Assembly: GCA_036172245.1 (NCBI GenBank) | Contig: JAYWIR010000016.1 | Span: 744,001 to 808,000 of the forward strand | DNA: 64,000 nt | Direction of reading: 5' to 3' | From: Raillietiella orientalis | Lineage: Eukaryota | Shown: positions 11,301 to 22,678 of the stretch, piece after piece | Layout: each line of letters starts with the position of its first letter | How positions within the stretch are numbered: position 1 is the stretch's first letter | Notes under the pieces: model-generated | What the model saw: the letters and a program-made list of their open reading frames with translations, nothing else | What the model was told of the DNA's origin: nothing | Databases searched by the model: none | Program-made: the position numbers and the translations under genes

Positions 11301-13040
11301 AGGAAGCTTCACCTATTCTCTCTGCCAGACATCTTGCCCGATTCGCATCCTCGGCAACTAATTCCGAAGTTGAAATGAGAAGATGCTATCCTCGCTCCTT
11401 CTCCTTGGGTGAAAAAACTCAGTCAGGACCCGTTTCGGTAGGCAACGTAACCTGCACTCGTTGGACCGGTCAATCCGGTCAAACGAGGTGAACCCAATTT
11501 TCCGGGAAAGCATCGGGAGCGCGGCTGATTGTTTTTTTTTTTTTTTTCTGCGTAAATGCTAGAACGGGCACGCGGTTCCATGAGAGATTCTTGATGGCAG
11601 GGGCAAAGAGAGGATCCAGGAGCTTCCCAGTTCACAGCAGACGCCGCGGTCTTGTTGCCAGCTGTCGCTCTAGCGAGGTGCCCTCGTGATCCCTCCCCCC
11701 CTTCCCTCCATCTCCTCATCGTTAGCTGCTCAAGGATTCTGCGAACCTTCGCACATCCAGATCCGCGTGCAAGGAGAAGGCTTTTCTTGTGTTTTCGTCA
11801 TATCTCTTCCCGAACCATCTCTTTCTTGCGAAGGAGGAAACGAAATCTCCTTCCCTTCAGGCCGGTCCCGAAGACAGCCATCCCTATAGAGATTCGCCGT
11901 CGAGGAGGTTCGCAAATCACTTCATAGAAGCAGAAAGACGGAAACCGCAGGTGCGGCCGCTAGCTCTTGCCCCAACATCCGCACCTACCCTGTGACCACC
12001 GTGCATATCTACGCTGGAAGGACACCGTCCGTGAAGCGTGAACTCTGCTGCTCGCTCTCTAAGAGGCTGATGGGGAAGGGAAGGTGCGGGGGTTAGGGGA
12101 GAGGGTCGAGGTCGTCGAAGCGCGAGCAGCAGCAAACCGAACACGACAAAGAAATAATTCCTTCATGGTCAGCGCGGTGCGCGAGCGATGGTCGTTTCTC
12201 TCTGCTACTTACCAACGGTAGGGGTTTCGCCTGATTGATGTGAAGCCCTCCGACCTGGACCACGTTTGGGAGCAGAGATTTCGGTTCCAAAAGGGAGAAA
12301 TGCTGGTTCGTGAGAATCAGAGAAGCGTTTCTTTCGATGTCTTCGAGAGGAGGGATGTTCGCGTTAAAGATCTTTCGCACAACTGCATGCGAGGAAGGTA
12401 TCTGATAAAAAGACATGAAGACGATCCAGGAAAACGTGAGGAAAGTGTTAGCAATGCGTTCCCAGAACGTCATGGGGTTCTTGAAATCAGACGTCAAATC
12501 TACATTGAACGAAGTAAGGTGGGCGTTGCCGACAGCTCTGATGTGGTGCGTGAATCCAGCAGACGTACTGAGGAAGATGAGAGGTGTTCCCAGCGTGTGA
12601 GCCACGGCCCAAGTGCAAAAGTTCATGAGTGCGTTCACGATGACAACATCATATTTCTTGCGGAGGACTTCAAGCACCTTCTCGTGCGTAAGAGCGGCTT
12701 CGCACGACTGCTCCTCCATCTTAGCCAGAAGTCTCATTACATAGAAGCCGCGGAAGAAGTCTTCTTTCTCCGACGCTTCCCCCACGAGAGACATGGTGTC
12801 TTTGATCGATTCCTGGAGCTCGCTGGGAGTAATTTCGATCACGTTGTGAATTTTGGCACTTGGAGGATATGGAGAGACGATAGTGACGCTGTGATTTCTC
12901 TCTGCCAGACCCCTGGCAAGAGAATGGAACACGTTCTTGTGGCTCTTGCTGGCGAAGAACAGCAACATGAGGATTTCCTTCGGACGAACGCTGCCGATAC
13001 TGGCCGCCACGAGCACGGACACCAGCAGGAAGACTTTCAT
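8307..13040 (-). CDS. UDP-glycosyltransferase (UGT, GT1 family), 4 coding exons, ~514 aa
   Basis: Exons 13040-12213, 9109-8887, 8841-8622 and 8580-8307 join in frame via GT-AG introns. The protein has a signal peptide (MKVFLLVSVLVAAS), catalytic His (KSH), GGLH, YFSFGS, the UGT signature WAPQQDILAHPNIRAFVTHGGCLSMEESLHRKVPMVVMPLFGDQ, AVFWVEYIMRYKGAEHLR, a C-terminal TM helix and a Lys-rich tail. Confidence 0.96.
9230..10700 (-). mobile_element. Decayed gag-like ORF1 of a non-LTR retrotransposon inside UGT intron 1
   Basis: GC-rich intronic segment. Minus-strand frames show degraded zinc-knuckle spacing (SACHNCRLDVLSLRERP; CEDTPRCPRWRPCGC) followed by a Pro/Arg/Lys-rich tail (PPER...RKRKR). 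Confidence 0.4.
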
Positions 13041-14143
13041 TTTTTTTCAGAGGTATTGGGCGGATCCCGAATCTGGAAACAGGACAGCATACATCTCTAC
13101 CACACCCACGAGACAGACGTAAAGCAAATTGATTTACCGACTGAAGGGTCAAAAGACAAGAGCAAGGACCTTGCCCTTGCAAGTGAGGCGCGACCCAGGG
13201 CCCCGATTGCAAGAAGGCAGGTGAAAATCGGGTCACTTGGAAGGAACAGTGAGTGGCTCTAATGTGAAAGTTCACAGATGCTCGAGCGAAGTTTCGACGG
13301 AACGCGAAGCGAAGCTTTCGAAGAGCGCAGATCACTCGCGAAATGGAGGGGCTCTTGAAACTCGGACTAAAAATGTCGTGATCCCAGTTCCCAGGAATGA
13401 TTTCCATGGTAACCTGTTTCCAAGAACTGAGCATTCGGTAGGAGGACCATCCCCGAAGCAGGAGAGCACCTTGTGTTCTCCTGCTTCGAGGATGGATCGG
13501 CAGTAGTTTGTGCGAATATGCTTGTGGTCAGGGACTTAGGAACTTCCTTCACGGGCACACGCGAGCTTCAGTGTATGAGTGACCTTTCTAAGGTCTTCAC
13601 CTTTCTAATCGAATCGACCCTCTGAAGAGGGAGTCGATCCCGAGTAGTGGCTCGGACCGCCTGAAGAGAAAGATCATTTTGTCCCGTTCGAACGACAAGG
13701 GGCACGCGATCCACGGAAATGGTACAACTCCATCCTTAGAAGGAGGAGGATGGAATAATGCCACATGGAGTGACGTCCAAATAACGCAGATGGCTCTTTA
13801 TGGACGGCACCCAAATGCGTCGCTTACCCCTTGGAAAATGCGTTTTGGAGAAACACCCCTTTCGCGTAGATATGTCGGTTTTTCTTTATATCCATTAGAG
13901 AAAAAAAAAACCATGAACCTTTGAGTCTGATGGAAAAATCGCTTCCTTCCTAGGTACCATGGCTGTGAGTTTACTGAGGCAATGCTTGTTTTTGAATTTT
14001 TCAACAAAAAATTGTGATTGAGGATTTTCTTACCGTGGGTTTTTTTTTCCTTGGTTTTACCGTTTTTTAAATCATCCAGCAAGACTTTGTGATTCCCTTT
14101 GATTTAAGCGCTCAATTCACCGCAGAATTCTCATGGGATACTC

Positions 14144-16030
14144 TCACGATTCGAACGATGAGGACGAAATGATTTTATCTGTTTCGAATCCATGTGTCGT
14201 AGTTTTGTGAAAGCTGAAGGTCGACTTTCCACTCCCATCTGCTGGAATGTGCAAAAAGCTCAGAACTACATCGCAGTACACGTGAGCTGCGTGGTAATGA
14301 CTATCAGCCCACGGGGAGAAGGTGAGGAGCCGAAACGCGTGCTCTCTCTGGTCCGTTGGGCGATCATCGAACAGGAATTCGATCGCAACGGCTGGGAATA
14401 GAATGCCGGCGGTCTGTGTGCGTTCCAGAGCGCTTCCGTACTCCCACCCGGCACGGAGGGTGGCACTTTTCTTCCCCAAAGGAGACCACCACGTATTTCC
14501 TTCTGGTTTTATCTTCTCAGCGTCTTCCTGCTATTCCGATCGCAGTGAGGTGCGAGACCTCTTCGATGACTCCATCGTGTTTCCTCCGAGTTCCAAAGAG
14601 GGAGAGTCGCCCATGCATGCTGCTCGTTTACGAGGAAGGTCGCTCCAGGGCATGTCACCGTCCTCCCGGACTCCCATGGTCAGAGGATTCTGCCCAACAT
14701 GGAGATTCGCGCGCACCCACCCATATGGGGCAAACAGCCACCCAATTGTATTGCAATATAATTGGGTAGCAAACAGCCTCCCAAGTGGGGAGCAGCCCTT
14801 CGGGAAGCATGACCTTGACCCTCATCAAGAACACACATGGAGTCGGAGATGCGAGCTAGGGATGGAAGCTCTTCTGAGATGAGACAGATAGTGTCTCCAA
14901 GCAGAAGAAGAAAAAGGAAAGACAAATGCTCAAATTACTCCCTGATGGTCTCTTTCCTTGGCCTTTTGGCTAAGATCAAAGTGTGGTCTCTTTCGTCCAC
15001 CAGGAGCCTTAACATCGCCTCTTGGACCATGAACAGCATGTGGAATCAGAAGAAAAGAAGGAAAATCACGCACACACCATCGGGAGTGATGGTATCGTGT
15101 GGTCTCAAGACACCCACGAGATGAGCCACCGAACCTTCCTCGAACTCGAGCGAATCCTGGGCGTCCAGCTGTTCGTTAGTGCCGGCGAAAAGCAGACGGT
15201 GGAGGTGAGGGGCCATCCTCGTGAAGAACGCGATCACCCACAGCCATCCTGAAAACTTTTTCTCCATTGTCCGGTCGGATCGTCGGAGTTTTCCTGGTCC
15301 GGAAGCGTCTGTCCCTTCCTGGTAAACGTGTAAGGCCGCTCAAAGGGAAGCACCGGTGCAGACCCTTCTGTGCAGCAAGGCCGCACCCAAGGACATCGTC
15401 ATCGTCGTAGGTGATATCAACATATTGGACAACTTCAACCAGTCCAACGATACATGAGGAAGAACTGATCACCGTTAGCTTTCCGAAGAATTCGGACTGC
15501 TGTGGCTAACAGCGAGCCACAAGCCCATCCTTTACAGCAAAGGAATCGAGAACTGCATCCAGGGATTCCGTGACACGCAGATCCTGCTCTGACAACCCCT
15601 TGATGCAATTCAGCCTGAAGAACACGAGTGCTCCAGCCGGAAGGACTTCAGCAATTGTGTATTGTGTGGATCCTCGAAAAGTAAAAATGAAATCCCCTAG
15701 ACAGATGAGAGGCACAAGGGCAGAGCTCATCAGCATGCCCGCTTCCCTGGCGCCAACAGCTCGTCGAGACGATCTTGCATGATATCACCATCCGCAGAGT
15801 CGATGACTAAGACGAGCAGAAGCACACCATCCACGTGTTCTACAGCATGCAACACACAGGCAGGAAGTTGAGAAAAGAAGCGTACCGAGTGTTGAACTTC
15901 CAAGAACGCTCCCTCTGGATGTACTGGGATCATTACGAGAGGCGGTACGTCTTCTAACACGTGAAGAGGGAAGTCGGCGTACTGGAGGAGAAAAATATCG
16001 TCACCTTCTTTTCTGCAACCAGTTCGACGA
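14144..16030 (-). mobile_element. Decayed LINE ORF2 fragment (APE endonuclease plus reverse transcriptase)
   Basis: Motifs appear in the expected order on the minus strand: DIFLLQ and PLICLGDF (APE), EEGSVAHLVGVLRPHDTITPDGVCVIF (RT domain 0, cf. K.PGPDG..EF), LFPAVAIEFL (cf. LF.LAIEPL) and HVYCDVVLSFL (degenerate YADD box). Confidence 0.65.
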
Positions 16031-16642
16031 CCAAGTTTTCAACCTGGTTTTGCCAGGACATTTATTATGAAACAAAATAATAGTAAAAGTCCATTAGAAG
16101 TCTTCAAATGTGGCGAAACACTTGTTTGCAGTACGTGCTCGGAACTTGACGCGACCGCTACATAGACCAGCGAGGTTCGTTTCCTCAGCAACGAAGGAGA
16201 GGAAACAGGAAAAAACAAACAAACAAAAAGAGGAATACAGGAGGACAAGTTTCACTGGGAAGGGAAAGGGGACCGGGGATGGGATGACATTCTGCTGGGA
16301 GACGTCCTCAGCACCCTTTCCAGGATATTGGCAAGTTCTGTCCGTATTTTGCCCAGATGGGGCCGTCTCGGGGCGGTCTTCAAGAAGATTCTCGCTCATT
16401 GGATGGCGTACCTTCCATTTAGGCTTTCCACGCTGCCATGATCCCACGGACACAGCGTAGAACTGTGAGGGAAGTGGCAGGCGGCAGGGGTCACGAAGAG
16501 GTGTTTGCAAATGTCCCTGGGGTTGCCAGCCCGGATTCTTAGGATCGTCGAGAAGCGATCACAAAGGGGTTGGAGAGCAGCACTGTCTAGAAGAAAGTGC
16601 GGGAAGGTCTCCTCTCCGCACCGCTCACAATTGGCATTCACA

Positions 16643-16802
16643 CTCCCCCGTGTCCAATGATGAAGACTTGCTCTGCATAAGATTTCCCAATGCAACACTA
16701 GCAACGCCACTCGAGAGGAAAGGTGCCACTGTTATTGCACGTTGAAGACCACTTCTGCTCCTCCAGGGGCATCGCGAACAGCTCGCCCCAGAGTAGAAGT
16801 CC
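16643..16802. repeat. 160-bp direct repeat, left copy (apparent long target-site duplication)
   Basis: Identical to 17744-17903 except for one G/A substitution. The two copies exactly bracket the + strand LINE insertion. Confidence 0.95.
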
Positions 16803-17743
16803 AGAAGCACTTGGGCGGAGACGACCCCACTGGCCACGGCGCTGCCCTTCCTACGAAGGGCGCTTCAAAACAGCCGGAAGCCGAGATGGCAAGTCTCCTG
16901 CCGGATAGCGGACAAGGAGAAGGATCTAAGCGGGTGGACAATGAGGGAACTGGCAGACGCCGCAACCCCAAGCGTTCACCCGCATGGAATACGGAGATGG
17001 GGCGAGCTGCTTGGCATCCCGGCGGATGACCTAGAGTGGCCCCCGTTGTTCAAAGACTTTTCCACCCTCCCCCTCAAGTGGCAGGAAACGGCGCTGTTGT
17101 TGTTGCACTGGGGTCTTCCCTGCAACGCGCGCCGCCACCACTGGACGTTGGGGAACGTGGGACAGAACTGTGCAGTGTGCGGGGAGAAGGAATCCATCCC
17201 CCATCTGTTAGTGGACTGCGCTGCCCTCCGGCCCTTGTGGGAACGTTTTGCTACGACCCTCCCTATGCCGGTTGGCAGTACCCCCAGAGACGTTGTGAGA
17301 CTCCTCTTCGTGCGAGACGCCCTGCCACCAGCCTCAACCCTGGCAGCGCTCTGCTGCCTCCGAGGGATTGTGGCCGCCTGGAGCGCAGCCAACAGAGGAA
17401 GCAGCGACAGGGACGCCATCGTACACGCGGGCGGCTACCTGCGAATCGCGATTGGCTGGTCCCATCTGGGAGCTATGACGAGGGACCTCGAGGGCATCCT
17501 GGAAAGGATAGTCTCTTCCTCTAGCGGGTTCTGATCCCTTCCCGGCCCCCAAATAGTTTCTTTTTGTTATTTCATTTATTTTTCTTTTTGTTTTACCCCC
17601 TATCCCCTCCGCTGCCGAGGAGGACAAGCTGGCCTCAGAACCGGCTTCCTGGCAGGTCCCATGAAATATTGGCCGTAGCGGGGCCTAGTACCGCAAATGT
17701 AAAGTGTTTTTTAATAAACGCCCCAGCGTGAGCGGGTGAAAAC
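16803..17743 (+). mobile_element. Young 5'-truncated L1/Tx1-type LINE (ORF2 C-terminal zinc-binding domain plus 3' UTR)
   Basis: The frame is open from the 5' junction at 16803 to the stop at 17534 and encodes LPLKWQETALLLLHWGLPCN...CAVCGEKESIPHLLVDCAALRPLW (zf-RVT-like C-x2-C...H-x4-C). A T-rich 3' UTR follows, with AATAAA at 17713-17718, ending GGGTGAAAAC. Confidence 0.85.
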
Positions 17744-17903
17744 CTCCCCCGTGTCCAATGATGAAGACTTGCTCTGCATAAGATTTCCCAATGCAACACT
17801 AGCAACGCCACTCGAGAGAAAAGGTGCCACTGTTATTGCACGTTGAAGACCACTTCTGCTCCTCCAGGGGCATCGCGAACAGCTCGCCCCAGAGTAGAAG
17901 TCC
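17744..17903. repeat. 160-bp direct repeat, right copy
   Basis: Matches 16643-16802 at 159 of 160 positions. Confidence 0.95.
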
Positions 17904-17959
17904 TCTTGGAGGGATACTCGGGGTCGCAGCGTCCGTGAGCTGCCGAGTTGTCCATGAGC

Positions 17960-20230
17960 ACAGAAGTTTCTTTCTGCCTTCCACAACCAAGTGAGGAACA
18001 CGTCGGAAGGCATTGTGAAATCTTTCAAACAACACTACGCTTCCCACTTCCGATGAGGACACGTGTGTCCGACAGAGCAAGAAGGAATCCTCCGTAATCC
18101 GAAAAAGAAACTGAGCAGCGCTCAGAAGGCACGGCTCGAAGAGGAAATCTCCGCAGAAAAAGTGAAGAGAGCGTTTGCGGAGCTGCACAAACACGTGGCG
18201 GAAGATCCCGACAGTGTACCCTCCACCAGAAGTACTGGCACGCCGACCTGCGTCTGTTCCACGAACTGACAGCCAAAATCAAGGAGAAGAGTCTTCTGGA
18301 ATCGTTCCACGAAAACAGGATGAGTTACTGAAGAAAAGTGGAGATCCAACAAAGCCACGAAGTGGAGGCCCATCTTTATCCCATGAACACGGATGCAAAG
18401 TGGTTGGCAAAGGTCTGTGCCGACCTCTCAAATAAGATGATGTCCTCGTGGATCTCTCCCACGCCGACACGCACCGTGCCTGTTCAGCGCATGTCTGACA
18501 ATGTGGAGTGCGCCAAGGCTGTTGTTGGGTACAGCCGGTAGGTCAGCGAAAGCCTAGTACTGGGCCTTTACTGATATGGAGAAGTCATCTGATACAGTGG
18601 ACCACAGGATGCTATTAAGAGTCTTGGATGAGATGGACTTTCCGAACTTCATCGAGTACGCGCGGATGATCCCGTGCAAAGATAGACAGAACAGACAGAA
18701 GCACTCCGGACAGAGAGGGGGATCCGTCAAGGGAAGCCCTCATTTCGATATTCTTTGTACTGTAAATGGAGGCTGTGTCGTCTCTGATCCAAAGAGATGG
18801 TCCATTCCAAGGTATCAAAACAGATGACGATAGACTAACTCACCTGGCACGTGCAAACGATCTTCTCTTTCTCCCGAAGGATCAGGAAGATATGCTCGCG
18901 TTCCTGGGCGCAGTTTGGGTGATGGGGAAAGGACTAGGGTTCAAGATTGATGCCCAGAAATTCCAACTCTCTCCCGTCGGAATCCTGGACCCTTCACGTT
19001 AACGAAAAAGGGATCCCGACTCGTAGATGACGTCACCTGCCTGGGAATCCACATCGGCGACTTCTCGTCAGCACAAAATTTGTGAACACAAATTCCAGGG
19101 GAAGCAAGAGAAGCAGCAGCAGAGTAAACCCGGGTAGACTTCAGCACGAAGCAGAGGGTCGACTTGAGGAATGGTATGCTCCTTCCCGATGTGCTCTACG
19201 GAGCCGGCTTTCTGCCGAATGGACAAGAAGACCAGAGTGGAAGTGGAGCAGCTGCAGAGGAAGCCCCTGCGGGAAGGAGGGTAGGGATGAAAACCACGGA
19301 TTACACTCAAACTGTTGTTCCGCCGCCCGCAAGAAGATGGATGGAACGGAACGAAGTCTCTAGAGCGTTCCGTAGAAACCATGGACGCGCGGTAACACCT
19401 GAATCTCACCAGTGATGGGGAGAAGTGGCTGCTTGCAGTCCATCGAGCGTACTCGGAGCCGTCGAACAACTCGGGTGGCTTGATGATAGCCTTCATAGGC
19501 CGAACAGGAGAGTGGACGAACATCGATACCTCCTGGAAAACGAAAACAGGTACTGGTGAAAGTTCACCAGTTCAAAATATTGCCTAGGACGAAAGAACTG
19601 TGGGATGAGGAACTGATATCAGTGATTCCTCGCTTCCTTCCTGCTCCACAGGAAACAACGCAATCGTTACACCAGATGCCCAGGCTGAAAACTGGAGATA
19701 CCTCCAGCAGTCTGCCACTAGCGGCAACCGCGATCAAATGCGACTGTTCCGATAGCGCCAAGAAATTCGTGGACGATTTACGTAAGGGACGCGCGAAATA
19801 AGAAAGAATCAAAACAACCCCGAGTGGTCCAAAGTAACGAAGAAGAACCTCCGGGAACTCTTCCCTGTTAAAGACGGAAACCACAACGCCCTCGCCACGG
19901 CTTTCAGCCTCTAAGAGATCCGCGACGTGAACCTGCGAGCAGTTGGAGAGACAATTTGGAGGAGAGACCTCCCACTGGACACTCAGGATGACCTCCTCAT
20001 GTTTTACCACTGGGAAATGCTGAGTGTTTCCAGGATCAAATGCTGGACGAGTGGCATCCAGGATGAGTTCTTCAAGGAAGGCGCGTGGGGTTCAGAAAAC
20101 GCAGTTCCACGTGTTCACCTCAGAGCCAGGACTGCACGGCTCTGGAGACGGTGCCCTGGCAGGACAGGCCTGCAAGCGAGCTCGAGGATGCGGTCCTGAC
20201 GGGATTGTTTGAAGGAGACGGAAACTTTCT
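17960..20230 (+). mobile_element. Decayed L1/Tx1-clade ORF2 (reverse transcriptase to C-terminal domain)
   Basis: Colinear RT motifs across frameshifts: LSSAQKARLEEEISAEKVKRAF..DPDSVP, MNTDAKWLAKVCAD, DMEKSSDTVDHRMLLRVLDEMDF, LARANDLLFL (degenerate YADD), GLGFKIDAQK, TCLGIHI, then WRRDLPLDTQDDLLMFYHW. Confidence 0.85.
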
Positions 20231-20999
20231 CCTATACTGCTTGTTGCTCCCGGGAGAACGAAAATTTCGTTCACCAAATTTTCTTTGTTTTGGTGAGCAA
20301 AAACGAAAACAAAATGTTTGTTCCGAACGGATTCGTCGAAATAAACAATCCCCCTGGTATTCCAATATTGACTAAAGATAAAAATTACCTAAAGGATTTG
20401 GAATGCAGCCATAGGAGCGTCAAAACCAGCATTTGGTATGCCATGCACCCACTCGGCATACTTGCAGTTGTTTCGTTCAAAAAACACAAACCAGCTTTAT
20501 GGTATATGGTATTGGTAGAACGATCAAAAGTAGATGATCGAGTTGCCATGCAACCGCCTGCAGAATAGGGTAGCAGACATTAAGTAACCCTGTAAGAAGT
20601 GAGATCACTACACTATCATCCACTAAGCAACCATGAAAAAGTACAAGAAATACTAATTACGGAGGATAATAGAGTGGAATAACTGTGACCCCCAGACACA
20701 GTGTGACCAAGTTTGTAAACTGTAAAATTTGCTTATAAGCTATGCAAAGCGTTTCATGAGCAGTTTCTTTTTTTCATTCAAATGCTTTAATTTGCCAAAC
20801 TGTCACTGAATTGTTTATTGAAAAGTAATGCCACGCGAGTCTTTTTAGACAGTGAGTTGAAAATAGAAATGTTTACGTCGAGTCTCTGGATGTTCCAAAG
20901 ATCTCTCATGTTTCAAGATGATGAGTTTGCCGGTAGATTTTCAGAGCTAAAGTTCATAAACTCCGCCTGCAGGAATCGGAATTCTGACTGTGGGTGGCC

Positions 21000-22560
21000 C
21001 TAGCTGTCGCTAGTCGTTCGCACATCCTCCTCAGGAGGCTGGAGATCTCGGGATCCTTGTGCAGCTTTGATTCTTACGATTCTCCCGCCTGGAGCTTACG
21101 TCAAGGAGGATGTTTCCCTGCTGATTTCCTTCCACGTCTAAAACCTCCAATACGATCCGCCGGAGAGGAAAGCAGAGGACCTTAAAGGATGAGCACGCGG
21201 CGGAGTGGAGAATGCCAGTCCCTCGCCGGCTTCCCGCTGTAGGAGATCGCGAGCGAGTTGGCACCAATCCTGCAAGGCGCCATAGGCTCGATCCCAGCGA
21301 AAGTGGAGCTGTACTTCCACCTCAGTGAGAGAGAGTCTGGGAGCTCTTGGCTCCTCACGCTGCCTTCAAGCGACTTGTTCAACGGCTTTGTCTGACCTTC
21401 CACTTCAGGAAGCGGCTTGTCCCGGAAAACACGACCTCACTCCCGCTGGATGCCACCTCCTGTGGAAATGGAGGCATAAAACACCCCTTAGAAAACTCTT
21501 TCTGAGTAATCGAGACCGCTCGGAGGATGCGGTGATACCTATCGCAATGCCACACACTGTAACGGCCCAATCTTCCCAGCTGTGGAGAGAGTGTGTTGGG
21601 GACCGTCGTTTAAGAACCAGCTCTGTACCGGTATTCTGAGTGCAGAAACGGCTGAGGTATTTTGCACTGTGGACTCTAAAATGAAGTTCGACTAGGAGTA
21701 CCAGCTAGGACTATTCTCGAGGCTCCCAGAACGTCTCCTTGAAGTTGAAGGTTTCTAGAGTACCTTTCTCCCATGCCGCTTATGGATGGTTCCAGACAAG
21801 AAACCTAGGATGCTGTCCCGGCGCATGGAAGGGTTCTCATCCCTAATGTTTTTCTTCCTTTTGTTTTCATTTGCATCATCCTTACTGTGGCTTAGCACAA
21901 CCATTTGTGAACAGCTTGGCATCCCACGTGAGAGTCTGCGGAGACTGGACCATATGCTGCTGCTTCTCTGCTCCGTGCTCAGATCTGTTCGCAGGGCTTC
22001 TACCGCTTTTCCGAATCATCCGTCCTTGTGTCCGTCTTCGCTCCTTTAGGAGCACGGGGGATCTCCCGAAGGTCGAAAGGGCATCCCCGCGCTTTACGGT
22101 CCCCGAATAGCTGCTCTCCCGCTACAGTCTGACCATTTGCATTTGGGATGCACCCAAAATGCAAATGGTCGCTTTCAGCTCCTCCTAAAGCACTCAGTTC
22201 CTTCTTCCTCACTCTGTTGGCAGCAGCCGTAGACACCGAGGCTCGTTCTCCATGCTTCTGCGACGCTGTTCTTCCCGTGACGCCACGTGCCTCCTCGTCG
22301 CTGTCGCTGCTGGTCCATCGTTGCTCATGCTTGGCGTCGTAAGGTGCTGACCTTATCTGGGAGGGAGTGCGTTGGCAAGGAAACGAGTTGTAATTCATTG
22401 TAATTCGAAGAAACAAAATGGAAAAGCAGCCCGTTGCGAAGTTGCTTCCGCACTCTCGTGAGCAGCGTGGCGTCCAGTAATCGTTGTTACGCAACCTCCT
22501 TCCCCTTCCTGCTTTCCTTAACTCGCGAATCCTGAGGGTCACACTCTGCTCAGAGGTGAA
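21000..22560 (-). mobile_element. Possible decayed L1-type ORF1 or other TE relic
   Basis: GC-rich segment with broken frames. KDDANENKRKKNIRDENP near 21830-21885 weakly resembles the L1 ORF1 coiled-coil/RRM junction motif D.ENRSRR.NIRI.G.P. Weak support. Confidence 0.25.
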
Positions 22561-22678
22561 CATCCTTGGAAGCTGCTTTCGTTTCCTTGCCTATACACTC
22601 TGAAACATCCCGAATGGTCATCCTTTAATCCCTTGCTCTCCTCGTTGGAATCATTTCACGTACCACACAGTGCCATTG

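Larger units (their letters stand above)
16035..17955 (-). mobile_element. 5'-truncated Tx1/L1-type LINE 3' fragment, interrupted by a nested insertion at 16803-17743
   Basis: WTTRQLTDAATPSIPPRGLLLWGELF...ALLVLHWEILCRASLHHWTRGSVNANCERCGEETFPHFLLDS is a diverged homolog of the 16941-17534 ORF. Its 3' UTR ends AATAAA...GAAAAC at 16066-16035. Confidence 0.75.

Noticed and set aside
12240..13262. 340-aa + strand ORF
   Set aside because: Antisense shadow of UGT exon 1, explained by GC-rich codon usage; no recognisable domain.
13615..13695. Hammerhead-ribozyme-like CTGAAGA cores with a following GGGA/TCCC stem
   Set aside because: The obligatory GAAA after stem II is absent (GAGT, GAAC) and stems I/III cannot be formed convincingly.
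16035..20230. Twin-priming 5' inversion explaining the head-to-head junction at ~17955-17960
   Set aside because: The + strand RT fragment has its own, different C-terminal domain, so the two pieces are separate elements rather than two halves of one cDNA.
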